Assembly (NCBI GenBank): GCA_945862505.1
Contig: CAMAYJ010000004.1
Location: 581-64,580, forward strand
Direction of reading: 5' to 3'
DNA from: Bifidobacterium breve
GTDB taxonomy: Bacteria > Actinomycetota > Acidimicrobiia > Acidimicrobiales > Acidimicrobilacustridaceae
DNA length: 64,000 bases
The translations under genes were made by a program, and so were the position numbers. Positions 1 through 8,141 of this stretch are shown here, one piece after another (the stretch's first letter is position 1; each line of letters begins with the position of its first letter). The notes below the pieces were generated by a model. That model saw only the letters and a list, made by a program, of their open reading frames with translations, was not told the origin of the DNA and searched no databases.

Positions 1-228
1 GTCAAACGACAACGTAACGAAATGGATGATGGTGAAAATCACTGCGAGTCCGCCAAAAAAACGGTGAATGTCGAGCAACCACGGCGCCGGGGATTTCCGA
101 CCCAACGCTCGAGTCGACAACGCGAGACCCCAGAGCACGGCGAGAGCAAGCAGTACCCATGCGACGATCCCCGTTGATCGGGAGACGTACCACCACACTT
201 TGGTGGCACCAAAGACCATTTCCGCCAT
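1..228 (-). CDS. Ferric reductase-like / MsrQ-like heme b transmembrane protein, N-terminal part (runs off the window edge)
   Basis: Not in the ORF track. My translation from ATG 228 is MAEMVFGATKVWWYVSRSTGIVAWVLLALAVLWGLALSTRALGRKSPAPWLLDIHRFFGGLAVIFTIIHFVTLSFD. The WYxSRxxG start, TM helices and heme-ligand-like His in LDIHR and IIHF fit this family; it lies directly downstream of apbE. Confidence 0.8.
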   Translation of the reverse strand, partial: MAEMVFGATKVWWYVSRSTGIVAWVLLALAVLWGLALSTRALGRKSPAPWLLDIHRFFGGLAVIFTIIHFVTLSFD

Positions 229-246
229 CTCAGAGCCGCTGATCTG

Positions 247-1203
247 TCATGAGCTCAGCGTAGGTCGCTTGACAACAAAGTCATTGAAATGGCCGGCCGC
301 GATGAGTTGTCCATCGTCGGCAACCAAAAGCCCCGATAACCCTGCACGCTCTAAAAGTGTTCGGCCAGCGATTGCGCCACCAATAAGTGCAGCTTTGGCA
401 TGCGCTTCGCCCCATGCGGCATGAGCAGCGATCACCGTGACAGACGTAAGGCCACTTTGTGATGGTTTTGCCGTCTTCGGATCAATGAGGTGATGGGCTT
501 CGCCATTCGTTGTCGACCATTTACGGCGCATGCGCGAGCTTGTCGCTACCGAACCTGATTCAAGACCCAGAACAGCGAGATCTTCACCGGGATGAAAAGG
601 GTCATCGATCACGATGACCCAACCGTCACCTTCCAGAGTTTCGCCGCCGACACGGATATCGCCACCAAAATCGAGACAAACCCCGGTTGCGCCATCCTCC
701 ATCGCCTGAGCGAAGAGGAGATCAGCAGCGTGCCCTTTGCCAATCCCTCCAAGATCAAAGTGAAGGCCGACCGGACCGTGGATAAGCGAGGAGCGAGCAT
801 CCAGAACTACTTCGTCGAGTACACCAGGCGAAGAGGAGAGAGCATTTATCTCGAAAGGGGCGCGATCAACGAGTTCATCGAACGTTTCGTCGTATCCAAG
901 TTCACGCAATACATCGAGAAGCGTTGGATCGAAAAGTTCATCGGTCGCTCTCCACGCATCGATGGCAAGAGCAACCACCGCAAACATTTCTGGACTTACA
1001 AATACCGGATCACCAGCGTGACGATTCAATTGAGAGAGTTCACTGCTGTCGATAAACCGAGACCAACGTTGCTCAAGATCCCGCATCCGAATTTCAACCC
1101 GATCAAGGATCGGTTCCGCTCGATCGTCATCGACAACGATTCGAACAACACAGTCACTACCCATCGCACGAAATTCACGCGAACTCGCCGCCAGCGCCGC
1201 CAT
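247..1203 (-). CDS. apbE: FAD:protein FMN transferase (ApbE family)
   Basis: Motifs FRAMGS, SELSQLN, LFDPT, DLGGIGKGHAAD, GGDIRV, ATSS, HHLIDPKT, TVIA and AKA. Confidence 0.93.
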   Translation of the reverse strand: MAALAASSREFRAMGSDCVVRIVVDDDRAEPILDRVEIRMRDLEQRWSRFIDSSELSQLNRHAGDPVFVSPEMFAVVALAIDAWRATDELFDPTLLDVLRELGYDETFDELVDRAPFEINALSSSPGVLDEVVLDARSSLIHGPVGLHFDLGGIGKGHAADLLFAQAMEDGATGVCLDFGGDIRVGGETLEGDGWVIVIDDPFHPGEDLAVLGLESGSVATSSRMRRKWSTTNGEAHHLIDPKTAKPSQSGLTSVTVIAAHAAWGEAHAKAALIGGAIAGRTLLERAGLSGLLVADDGQLIAAGHFNDFVVKRPTLSS

Positions 1204-1212
1204 GCCGATTAA

Positions 1213-1791
1213 TCAGGAAGCGCGAGTACGAGGCGGGGCCACCGTGGTGACTGGAGCCGGGGCAACGGTGACCACCGGAGCCGCGGTCGCAGGCGGTGAT
1301 GTCCCCGGTGCCGACGGAGATGCCGGAGCCGAGGTTGCCGGACTCGAAGCTGCTGGCGAACTTGAACTTCCTCCCGAGGAAGCCGGCACGACTCCCGCTG
1401 CGGACGCTTTCGAAGAATTAGCTGACGATGACGAGGGTCCGCCCGGGGAAGTCGACGTACCCGGCGAAGCAGTCGCTGGTCCTGCACCAGCTGCGGGCAG
1501 TGCCGCCGGGTCGGTTGCCGTTCCTGCCGTTGAGGACGCTTCTGAACCATCAACGACGGGAGCTCCGGTCACGTTCAGTTCCAGAGTGGCGGAGTTCGCT
1601 CCGCTACTTTGCTGACCACTCAGAGCCAGCGCAGCAACGATTGCGGCACTCGCCGCCAAACTCAGACCGGCAGTCAGCGCACGAGACGCTGGAGCAGTCG
1701 GGCCCTTCCGCTTTGCACGAGTCGCGGCCGAATGAGGCGTCGTTCCACTCTTTGCATCAGTTCGTTGTACCTCAGGGGCTTGCTCAGTCAT
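1213..1791 (-). CDS. Single-TM anchored Ala/Pro/Ser/Thr-rich low-complexity protein ending in PRTRAS
   Basis: Start re-assigned to ATG 1791 (MTEQAPE), which overlaps the upstream stop (ATGACTGA). Basic N-terminus RAKRK, hydrophobic ALTAGLSLAASAAIVAALAL, then a disordered tail. Sits between the acidic-tail gene and apbE. Confidence 0.75.
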   Translation of the reverse strand: MTEQAPEVQRTDAKSGTTPHSAATRAKRKGPTAPASRALTAGLSLAASAAIVAALALSGQQSSGANSATLELNVTGAPVVDGSEASSTAGTATDPAALPAAGAGPATASPGTSTSPGGPSSSSANSSKASAAGVVPASSGGSSSSPAASSPATSAPASPSAPGTSPPATAAPVVTVAPAPVTTVAPPRTRAS

Positions 1792-2305
1792 CGTCTTCAT
1801 CCTCTTCATCCTCTTGGTCCTCTTCATCCTCTCGGTCCTCGTCGTCGTCGTCGTCGCCATCATCCGAACGAGATGTCGTTGGCGGAGACGGCGGTGTCGC
1901 CGTGGCCGGCGGGCTGAGAACCGTCGTCGTCGCCCCCGAAGGGTTCTCCGCTACTCCACTCAGACCGACCGAACCAGAACTTGTCGACCCGTTCAATGAC
2001 GTACTCGAACCCGATGAAGAAGCCAACGGACGTTGCGTTCCTGCAGCGTTGGTCGAATCCTGATTGATTGGATCAGAAGTACTTTGAGTTGAAGAAGCTT
2101 CAGATCCCGCAGCGGCAGCAGTTGCATTGATCGGAACCGCAACCGCGAGTTGACTGACATTGGCGGCACTCAGTTGGCCGGCGGGCTTTGAAGCCCCAAC
2201 GGAAAGAATCCCGATATTCGCGGCGACCGCACCGCTCGCAGCCGTGACGACGATGGCGGCTGCGCCAGCAATAGAGAGTGCAATTTGTCTGTTCATGGAG
2301 TCCAC
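1784..2305 (-). CDS. Secreted/membrane-anchored low-complexity protein with a highly acidic C-terminal tail
   Basis: N-terminal signal/TM segment IALSIAGAAAIVVTAASGAVAA, Ser/Thr-rich middle, and terminal DDGDDDDDEDREDEEDQEDEEDEDDD. First gene of the operon divergent from the response regulator. Confidence 0.75.
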   Translation of the reverse strand: MDSMNRQIALSIAGAAAIVVTAASGAVAANIGILSVGASKPAGQLSAANVSQLAVAVPINATAAAAGSEASSTQSTSDPINQDSTNAAGTQRPLASSSGSSTSLNGSTSSGSVGLSGVAENPSGATTTVLSPPATATPPSPPTTSRSDDGDDDDDEDREDEEDQEDEEDEDDD

Positions 2306-2338
2306 CGTAAGGATCCCAACCCCAACAAATGCCTCGCT

Positions 2339-2360
2339 AATGGTTAAGAAATGGCAAAGT
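2339..2360. promoter_or_regulatory. Candidate OmpR/PhoB-type tandem binding site
   Basis: AATGGTTAAGA AATGGCAAAGT: an 11-bp-period direct repeat (8/11 identical) in the divergent intergenic region. Confidence 0.4.
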
Positions 2361-2441
2361 CATTCGACTAAAGGTCCCCAAACCGCCGTATTCGTAGATT
2401 AGGGACACACCCTGCCCTCTTCGGCGTGCCACCCTTGCCCG

Positions 2442-3137
2442 GTGGATGTTTTATTGGTCGAAGATGACAACGCCATCGCTGAGCCCCTCATCAGAGGTCT
2501 TGAGCGACAGGGATTCGTCGTACATCGCGAGTCAACGGGACTTGGGGGCGTAGCCGCATTCCACTCTCGTCCATCAGTTGACATCGTTCTTCTTGACCTC
2601 GGACTTCCCGATATCGATGGCTACGAAGTGTGCCGACGCGTTCGGTCCGACTCGACGGTTCCGATCATCATCCTTACCGCACGCGGCGATGAAATCGATC
2701 GCGTCCTCGGACTCGAATTAGGCGCCGACGACTACATGGTCAAACCTTTTGGCTTCCGCGAACTCATTGCCCGGATCAATGCAGTTACCCGTCGCAGCAA
2801 TGCGCCAGGCACGACCAAAGAAGACATTGCCAAACTCACCGGAGATGTGACTCTCGACAGCCGCACTCGAAAAGTCACAGTGCACGACGAAGATATCCAA
2901 TTAACGCGCAAAGAATTCGATCTCCTCGCCCTCTTGGCGAGTGACGCCGGTGCAACCCAAACACGAGAAACAATCCTCGAACAGGTCTGGGATGCCCATT
3001 GGTACGGGCCGACAAAGACGCTCGATGTTCATGTCGCCTCGCTACGCAAGAAACTCGGCGATCCAACGATCATCGAAACCGTTCGAGGTGTGGGTTTCCG
3101 ACTTCGTTCGAACGCTGACAACGATTCAGCCTCGTGA
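2442..3137 (+). CDS. OmpR/PhoB-family response regulator
   Basis: Receiver motifs LLVEDD, LLDLGLPD, LTA, GADDYMVKPF, plus winged-helix LTRKEFDLL and IETVRGVGFR. Confidence 0.95.
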   Translation: MDVLLVEDDNAIAEPLIRGLERQGFVVHRESTGLGGVAAFHSRPSVDIVLLDLGLPDIDGYEVCRRVRSDSTVPIIILTARGDEIDRVLGLELGADDYMVKPFGFRELIARINAVTRRSNAPGTTKEDIAKLTGDVTLDSRTRKVTVHDEDIQLTRKEFDLLALLASDAGATQTRETILEQVWDAHWYGPTKTLDVHVASLRKKLGDPTIIETVRGVGFRLRSNADNDSAS

Positions 3138-4516
3138 TCCGACGTCTCCTCGCCTCCTATCTCCTTCTCACCCTCGTCGTACTCATCGCGCTCGAAGTAC
3201 CCCTCGCCCTGGGGTACCGCGATCACCAAATGGATCAGTTGACATCAGGCATTGAACGAGATGCATTCGTGCTGTCGTCCTACCTTTCCGATTCACTCTC
3301 CGGCGGAACGCCAGTTGACCTCACTACGGTCGTCACCAACTACACAGCATCGACAGGCGGCAGAGTCGTCATTGTCAACTCGACCGGCGATGTCCTCGCC
3401 GATTCCGAACCCGCCTCAGCAGGAAAACGAAACTTTCTGTCACGACCCGAAATTGCCGATGCACTCGATCGAGAGATTGCGACGGGAACTCGTTATTCAA
3501 CGACGCTAGGAACGGGTCTTGTGTATGTGGCCATTCCAATTTCGATCGGAGATCAGGTCTTCGGTGCACTTCGTGTGAGTTATTCAACCGATCAGGTCGA
3601 TGCCGAAGTCCGTCGCTACTGGGTCGTACTTCTCGGCGCCGGACTCGTCACCCTGATTCTTGCTGCAGCACTCGGAGTACTCCTCGCCCGATGGGTGACC
3701 CGTCCCATTGCCAAGTTGCGCGATGCCGCGACTCGGATAGGCGACGGCGAACTTTCTGCACGCGCCGAGATCGAACGCGGACCTCCCGAAATCAAAGACC
3801 TCGCGGCCGCATTCAATGCAACCGCAGTCCGTTTGGAGGAACTCGTCACCGCACAAGAACAGTTCGTTGCCGACGCATCCCATCAACTTCGAACGCCCTT
3901 GACTGCGTTACGCCTTCGCCTCGAAATGTTGGAAATCGATTCCAACGACGGCAATCGTGACGACATTGAGGGCGCCCGCAAAGAAGTACATCGAATGTCC
4001 AGAATGGTTGACGGACTCTTGGCGCTCGCAAGGGCCGAACGCACGCTGGGGGCACGTCCAGGACGCCTTGAACTCGACAAGGCGCTGCAGGAACGAGCCG
4101 CAGCGTGGCAGCCCGTTGCCGAAGAGCGAGACGTCTCCATCGTCGCTCGTGGCGGAGGGTTCAAAGCGCGCTGCACCTCGGACATGCTGAGCCAAGTTCT
4201 TGACAACCTCATCGCAAATGCCCTTGAAGTTGCTCCCGCCAATTCGGTGCTCACACTGCACGCAACCGCCGAGGATTCTTCTTCGGGATCAATCATTGCC
4301 ATTCACGTCGTTGATCAAGGTCCGGGCCTCACTGACGAACAGCGCGAGCGGGCTTTTGACCGTTTCTGGCGAGCCACCAATGAACGCGGTGAATTGGGAG
4401 GAACTGGCCTCGGACTCGCCATCGTTCAGAAACTGGTGGAATCTGAAGGAGGTCGAGCGGAACTTCGGGCCGCTGAAGGCGGCGGACTCGATGCCATACT
4501 CCTTTTCGGCAACTGA
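3134..4516 (+). CDS. Sensor histidine kinase (HAMP-HisKA-HATPase)
   Basis: Two TM segments, HAMP, ADASHQLRTPL, NLIANA, DQGPG and GTGLGLAIV. GTGA overlap with the regulator. Confidence 0.95.
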   Translation: MIRRLLASYLLLTLVVLIALEVPLALGYRDHQMDQLTSGIERDAFVLSSYLSDSLSGGTPVDLTTVVTNYTASTGGRVVIVNSTGDVLADSEPASAGKRNFLSRPEIADALDREIATGTRYSTTLGTGLVYVAIPISIGDQVFGALRVSYSTDQVDAEVRRYWVVLLGAGLVTLILAAALGVLLARWVTRPIAKLRDAATRIGDGELSARAEIERGPPEIKDLAAAFNATAVRLEELVTAQEQFVADASHQLRTPLTALRLRLEMLEIDSNDGNRDDIEGARKEVHRMSRMVDGLLALARAERTLGARPGRLELDKALQERAAAWQPVAEERDVSIVARGGGFKARCTSDMLSQVLDNLIANALEVAPANSVLTLHATAEDSSSGSIIAIHVVDQGPGLTDEQRERAFDRFWRATNERGELGGTGLGLAIVQKLVESEGGRAELRAAEGGGLDAILLFGN

Positions 4517-4603
4517 ACCTCTAGCGAAGAGGGCAATAACACTTGCTCTCTTGTCACGTGCGAGCATGAACTCGATTGATCACTCAATCCTGGAGGAAGA
4601 GTC

Positions 4604-5401
4604 ATGACCAACACCATCGTTGTGCCCCTTGACGGTTCTGAACTATCTCAGGCCGCTCTGCCAATTGCGAACGAACTCGCTGCTGCACTCGACTCTTCGA
4701 TCGTGCTTCTCGCTTCGGGTTGGGGAACCACCGTCGAAGAACTCATTGGCTACCTGAACAATCAAGGCGTCTCACTCACCGTGCCGTTCAAGAGTTCCGT
4801 TGTTCCCGACACCTTCCCCGCGACAGCCATTGCTAACGCCGTCAATGACCCTGATGACGCGATCGTCATGGGCACACACGGACGAACTGGGTTTGGCAAG
4901 GCACTACTGGGATCGGTTTCGGAGGACGTACTCAAGCGATCAAACAATCCGGTGCTTCTTATTGGGCCTCAGGCGAAGCCATTTACAAACTTCAAGGGGG
5001 CCACGATGGTCGTCACCACCGACGGTTCACCAATTTCTGCAATGGTGCTTCCGCGCGCCGCCCGTTGGGCAAAGGCCTTGGGGATGAAAGTGGTCGTGCT
5101 CTCCGCTACCGCAGCTGGAGGATCTCCTCTGGGCAGTACCGATACTGGCGCACTCGCGAACGCTGTGGATTCAGCTGTCGGATTTTTCACTCGCGAAGGC
5201 ATTGAAGCTCGGTCCGAAACTGTCGTTGGCTCTGACGCTGCTATTGCCGTTTCAGATTGGGCAAACGACAACGACATCGCGCTTGTCGCCATGGCAACTC
5301 ATGGACGTGGCGGACTTGCTCGCACTGCCCTTGGGAGCACGACGATGCGCACGGTACACAACTGCCACTGCCCCGTTCTCGTGCAGAAGCCAGTCGGCTA
5401 A
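4604..5401 (+). CDS. Tandem-domain universal stress protein
   Basis: Two USP repeats: IVVPLDGSELS...IVMGTHGRTG...LLGSVSEDVL and TDGSPIS...VAMATHGRGG...LGSTT. GGAGG RBS. Confidence 0.92.
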   Translation: MTNTIVVPLDGSELSQAALPIANELAAALDSSIVLLASGWGTTVEELIGYLNNQGVSLTVPFKSSVVPDTFPATAIANAVNDPDDAIVMGTHGRTGFGKALLGSVSEDVLKRSNNPVLLIGPQAKPFTNFKGATMVVTTDGSPISAMVLPRAARWAKALGMKVVVLSATAAGGSPLGSTDTGALANAVDSAVGFFTREGIEARSETVVGSDAAIAVSDWANDNDIALVAMATHGRGGLARTALGSTTMRTVHNCHCPVLVQKPVG

Positions 5402-5523
5402 CGCCACAGGAACTTTCCCAAACGTTCACATTCCGCTCACCAGATTTACCGTGAGTTGGTCTAGGGCCCTACAACACTTTGCTTTGCAACTGCGTTGGGC
5501 AGTCCCACCACTCAGGAGTCAAC

Positions 5524-6342
5524 GTGAACCCTCCCGCTGCACGTAGCCTCACACTTGTGAATGAAGAAGAGCTTTCCCTCGCCACCATCCATCCGGACCG
5601 ACGCCTCAGTTTTGAAGGAGCGTTTAACTTTCGCGATCTCGGTGGTTATGCAACAGCTGATGGTCGCATGGTCAAGTGGCGCACACTGTTTCGCGCCGAC
5701 GCCGTGCACCGTCTTCCCGATGCCGAACTCGATCAACTCGCTGCGATCGGCCTGAAGACCGTGATCGATCTTCGAACTGGGTCCGAAGTCGAGCATGGGC
5801 ATCTCCACGATCCCGAGCGCGGTATCCAACACGTACACCTTGATGTTCTCGGCGAAGTGTGGAAGCCGCTCGATCTCGATGAAAACGCCGACGCACGCGT
5901 CGTACTCAGCGACCTTTATGTCCACATGCTCGATATAGGTGCTCCCGCGCTTTCCCAAGCATTCCGAACCCTGGCGAACGCCGACAACCTTCCTGCGGTG
6001 TTTCACTGTGCAGCAGGAAAGGACCGCACCGGAGTCCTCGCCGCCATGGTGCTCTCAACCATCGGCGTCGCCGATCATGTAATTGTCGCTGATTACGCAA
6101 TTTCTGGGGCAAATATGGCCGAACTCGTTGAACGACTCAAACGAGATCGTCCCGAAGCGCTCACCGCAATGAACGAACAGCCATCGGCATATATGGCCGC
6201 ACCGCCCGAGGCCATGAAGCGACTTCTTGCTCACGTCAACGCCGAATACGGTTCGATGACTGGCTATGTGAACAGCATCGGCATCTCCACCGATGTTATT
6301 GATTCACTTGCAGCAAGCCTTCTCGACTCAGAAGAGAATTAG
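5524..6342 (+). CDS. Tyrosine-protein phosphatase family (PtpB/Y_phosphatase3-like)
   Basis: NFRDLGGY, VIDLRT and the P-loop FHCAAGKDRTG, then DYAIS. Start GTG 5524 follows a GGAG RBS. Confidence 0.9.
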   Translation: MNPPAARSLTLVNEEELSLATIHPDRRLSFEGAFNFRDLGGYATADGRMVKWRTLFRADAVHRLPDAELDQLAAIGLKTVIDLRTGSEVEHGHLHDPERGIQHVHLDVLGEVWKPLDLDENADARVVLSDLYVHMLDIGAPALSQAFRTLANADNLPAVFHCAAGKDRTGVLAAMVLSTIGVADHVIVADYAISGANMAELVERLKRDRPEALTAMNEQPSAYMAAPPEAMKRLLAHVNAEYGSMTGYVNSIGISTDVIDSLAASLLDSEEN

Positions 6343-6698
6343 CGGCGTTTGCGTCGGAGGAGAAGCACAGCAACGAGTGCAACGGTTGCTGCAATAACTG
6401 CGATCGCAATTTTTGATCGGTTGTCGCTGGTCGGCTGGACGCCGGAACTCGACTGACGAGGAACATCGGCCGCAACTCGCGGTGCAACATCTGTAACGAT
6501 CGCTTCGGCGGCTGGGTTGACAGCGCTTGTCTCTGCGGAATGCACAACAGCATCGCCGCGAGACGTCACGTCGGTATCGGCACCTTCAGGAACAAGCCTT
6601 GATGGAGGCATGGCATCAAGGAAAGCATCGACGGGCGCAGGACGATCGGTAGCAGGTCCCGGGCGATTCCGTATTCGTTGCGGGTCATACGCTGGCAT
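6339..6698 (-). CDS. Hypothetical tail-anchored membrane protein, ParA-associated
   Basis: GGAGG 5 nt before ATG 6698, inside the end of parA. C-terminal TM IAIAVIAATVALVAVLLL followed by RRKRR. Confidence 0.7.
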   Translation of the reverse strand: MPAYDPQRIRNRPGPATDRPAPVDAFLDAMPPSRLVPEGADTDVTSRGDAVVHSAETSAVNPAAEAIVTDVAPRVAADVPRQSSSGVQPTSDNRSKIAIAVIAATVALVAVLLLRRKRR

Positions 6699-7536
6699 CG
6701 GATCCTCCAATGGGTTCGGTGGTCACTGATGGCGCTGGTGCAACCACCGCTCCCCCAGACCGTGTCATCTCCGGCACGACCGAATCAAGCAGAGTGTCGA
6801 ATTCCTGAGCCGCATCGCTGGCTCCTTGGCGATTTCCGAGACCATGAATCGGCAAAGACTGCGCCGAGGCCTCAGCAACCGCGGCCCGCATGTGCACTGG
6901 AGCGAAAACCTGGCTTCCGTATTGCTCAAGCAACATCGTGTGCCAGTAGTGAGCGTCACGAGTTCGACCGAGTCGATTTACGGCAATGCCGGCAACTTCA
7001 GGACGGCCGCCGCGTCGCGCTGCTATTCGTGAAATGGTGAGTTGCACATTGGCTACGCCATCGGAAGCCCAAGCGCCGGGTTCGGTAACGATGAGCGCGC
7101 GATCAGCGGCGAAGAGACCATTGATGGTGAGCAGACCAAGCGACGGAGGACAATCGATCACTACAAGGTCGTAGTCGTTTCCTTCGAGGGCGAGTTGCAG
7201 TCGGTCCTGCGCTCCAACGGGATCATTCGCCAGTTGCGGTTCTCGAGCCGAAAGCGCAGGAGTGCTGGCAAGCAGGTCTGGGGCCATTCCGCTTTCAAGC
7301 ACCCACGCCGTTGGCACAGCCAGTGAACTGGCCGAACCGGGACGATCGGCCTCGAGTGCAAGATCGACGGTGGTCGCGGGCTCCCAAACGCCGAGTCCTG
7401 ACGTGGCATTGGCCTGAGGGTCGAGATCAACGACGAGAACCCTCTTCCCCCGCTGAGCGGCGGCAGAAGCGAGGCCAAGGGTGACGGTGGTTTTGCCCAC
7501 TCCGCCCTTCTGGTTCACGACAGCGACGATTGGCAT
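6685..7536 (-). CDS. ParA/Soj-family ATPase (orphan)
   Basis: Deviant Walker A NQKGGVGKTT, DLDPQANAT and IDCPPSLGLLTIN. No parB nearby. Confidence 0.93.
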   Translation of the reverse strand: MPIVAVVNQKGGVGKTTVTLGLASAAAQRGKRVLVVDLDPQANATSGLGVWEPATTVDLALEADRPGSASSLAVPTAWVLESGMAPDLLASTPALSAREPQLANDPVGAQDRLQLALEGNDYDLVVIDCPPSLGLLTINGLFAADRALIVTEPGAWASDGVANVQLTISRIAARRGGRPEVAGIAVNRLGRTRDAHYWHTMLLEQYGSQVFAPVHMRAAVAEASAQSLPIHGLGNRQGASDAAQEFDTLLDSVVPEMTRSGGAVVAPAPSVTTEPIGGSDASV

Positions 7537-7638
7537 GGCCCAACGCTACGCGGCAGGGCCCTCCGATCGGGCGATACCGATGGCGAAAAGACTGGTTTCG
7601 GAGGAATATCGACGCTGGTTTCGGTGATAAGAGAGTGC

Positions 7639-8097
7639 ATGACCATCATCGAAGGCCAGCCAGTTCCCGAGTTCTCGCTTCCCGACCAGAACGGCACCAC
7701 CACCACATCGGCCCAACTCCGCGGAAGTTGGGCGGTCATCTACTTCTACCCAAAGGATGACACCCCAGGCTGCACCGCCGAGTCATGTTCATTCCGCGAC
7801 AACTTTGAAGCCTTCACTGATGCCGGAGCAAAAGTCATTGGCATTAGTTCCGATTCCGTCGACTCACATAAAGCATTCGCACAGAAGCACAACCTTCCAT
7901 TTACATTGCTTGCCGACACGAAGAGCGAAGTTCGCAAGCAGTTCGGCGTGACCAAAACCCTCGGCCTTCTGCCGGGACGAGTCACCTATGTGGTCGATCC
8001 CAATGGCATCGTGCGCAAAGTGTTCTCTTCGCAATTCAAGCCAAAGAAGCACATCGACGAAGCGCTCGCGGTAATCGGTTCTACATCGACGAACTAG
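7639..8097 (+). CDS. bcp: Peroxiredoxin, BCP/PrxQ type
   Basis: YFYPKDDTPGCTAESCSFRD (CxxxxC) and GRVTYV. Start ATG 7639. Confidence 0.92.
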   Translation: MTIIEGQPVPEFSLPDQNGTTTTSAQLRGSWAVIYFYPKDDTPGCTAESCSFRDNFEAFTDAGAKVIGISSDSVDSHKAFAQKHNLPFTLLADTKSEVRKQFGVTKTLGLLPGRVTYVVDPNGIVRKVFSSQFKPKKHIDEALAVIGSTSTN

Positions 8098-8141
8098 TTC
8101 TCAGACACGTCACAGTTCCTCGAGAGACAACGTGATTGGTC

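Noticed and set aside
230-250. 6-codon ORF (MTDQRL) starting in an ATGA overlap with the apbE stop
   Set aside because: Too short to support, and the ferric-reductase ATG follows at 228. It could be a chance overlap.
592-1212. Long plus-strand ORFs antisense to apbE and to the low-complexity genes (also 1428-2063 with a poly-Ser run)
   Set aside because: These are shadow frames of GC-rich genes with clear motifs or operon coupling on the minus strand. The poly-Ser is the reverse reading of the Asp/Glu repeat.
1793-1863. Tandem 9-nt and 3-nt repeats, considered as a CRISPR or VNTR element
   Set aside because: There are no unique spacers and no cas genes; the repeat is coding sequence for the acidic tail.
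2363-2382. GACTAAAGGTCCCCAA resembling a DosR/DevR box
   Set aside because: It has one base too many in the core and the left half-site does not match. The adjacent regulator is OmpR-type, not NarL-type.
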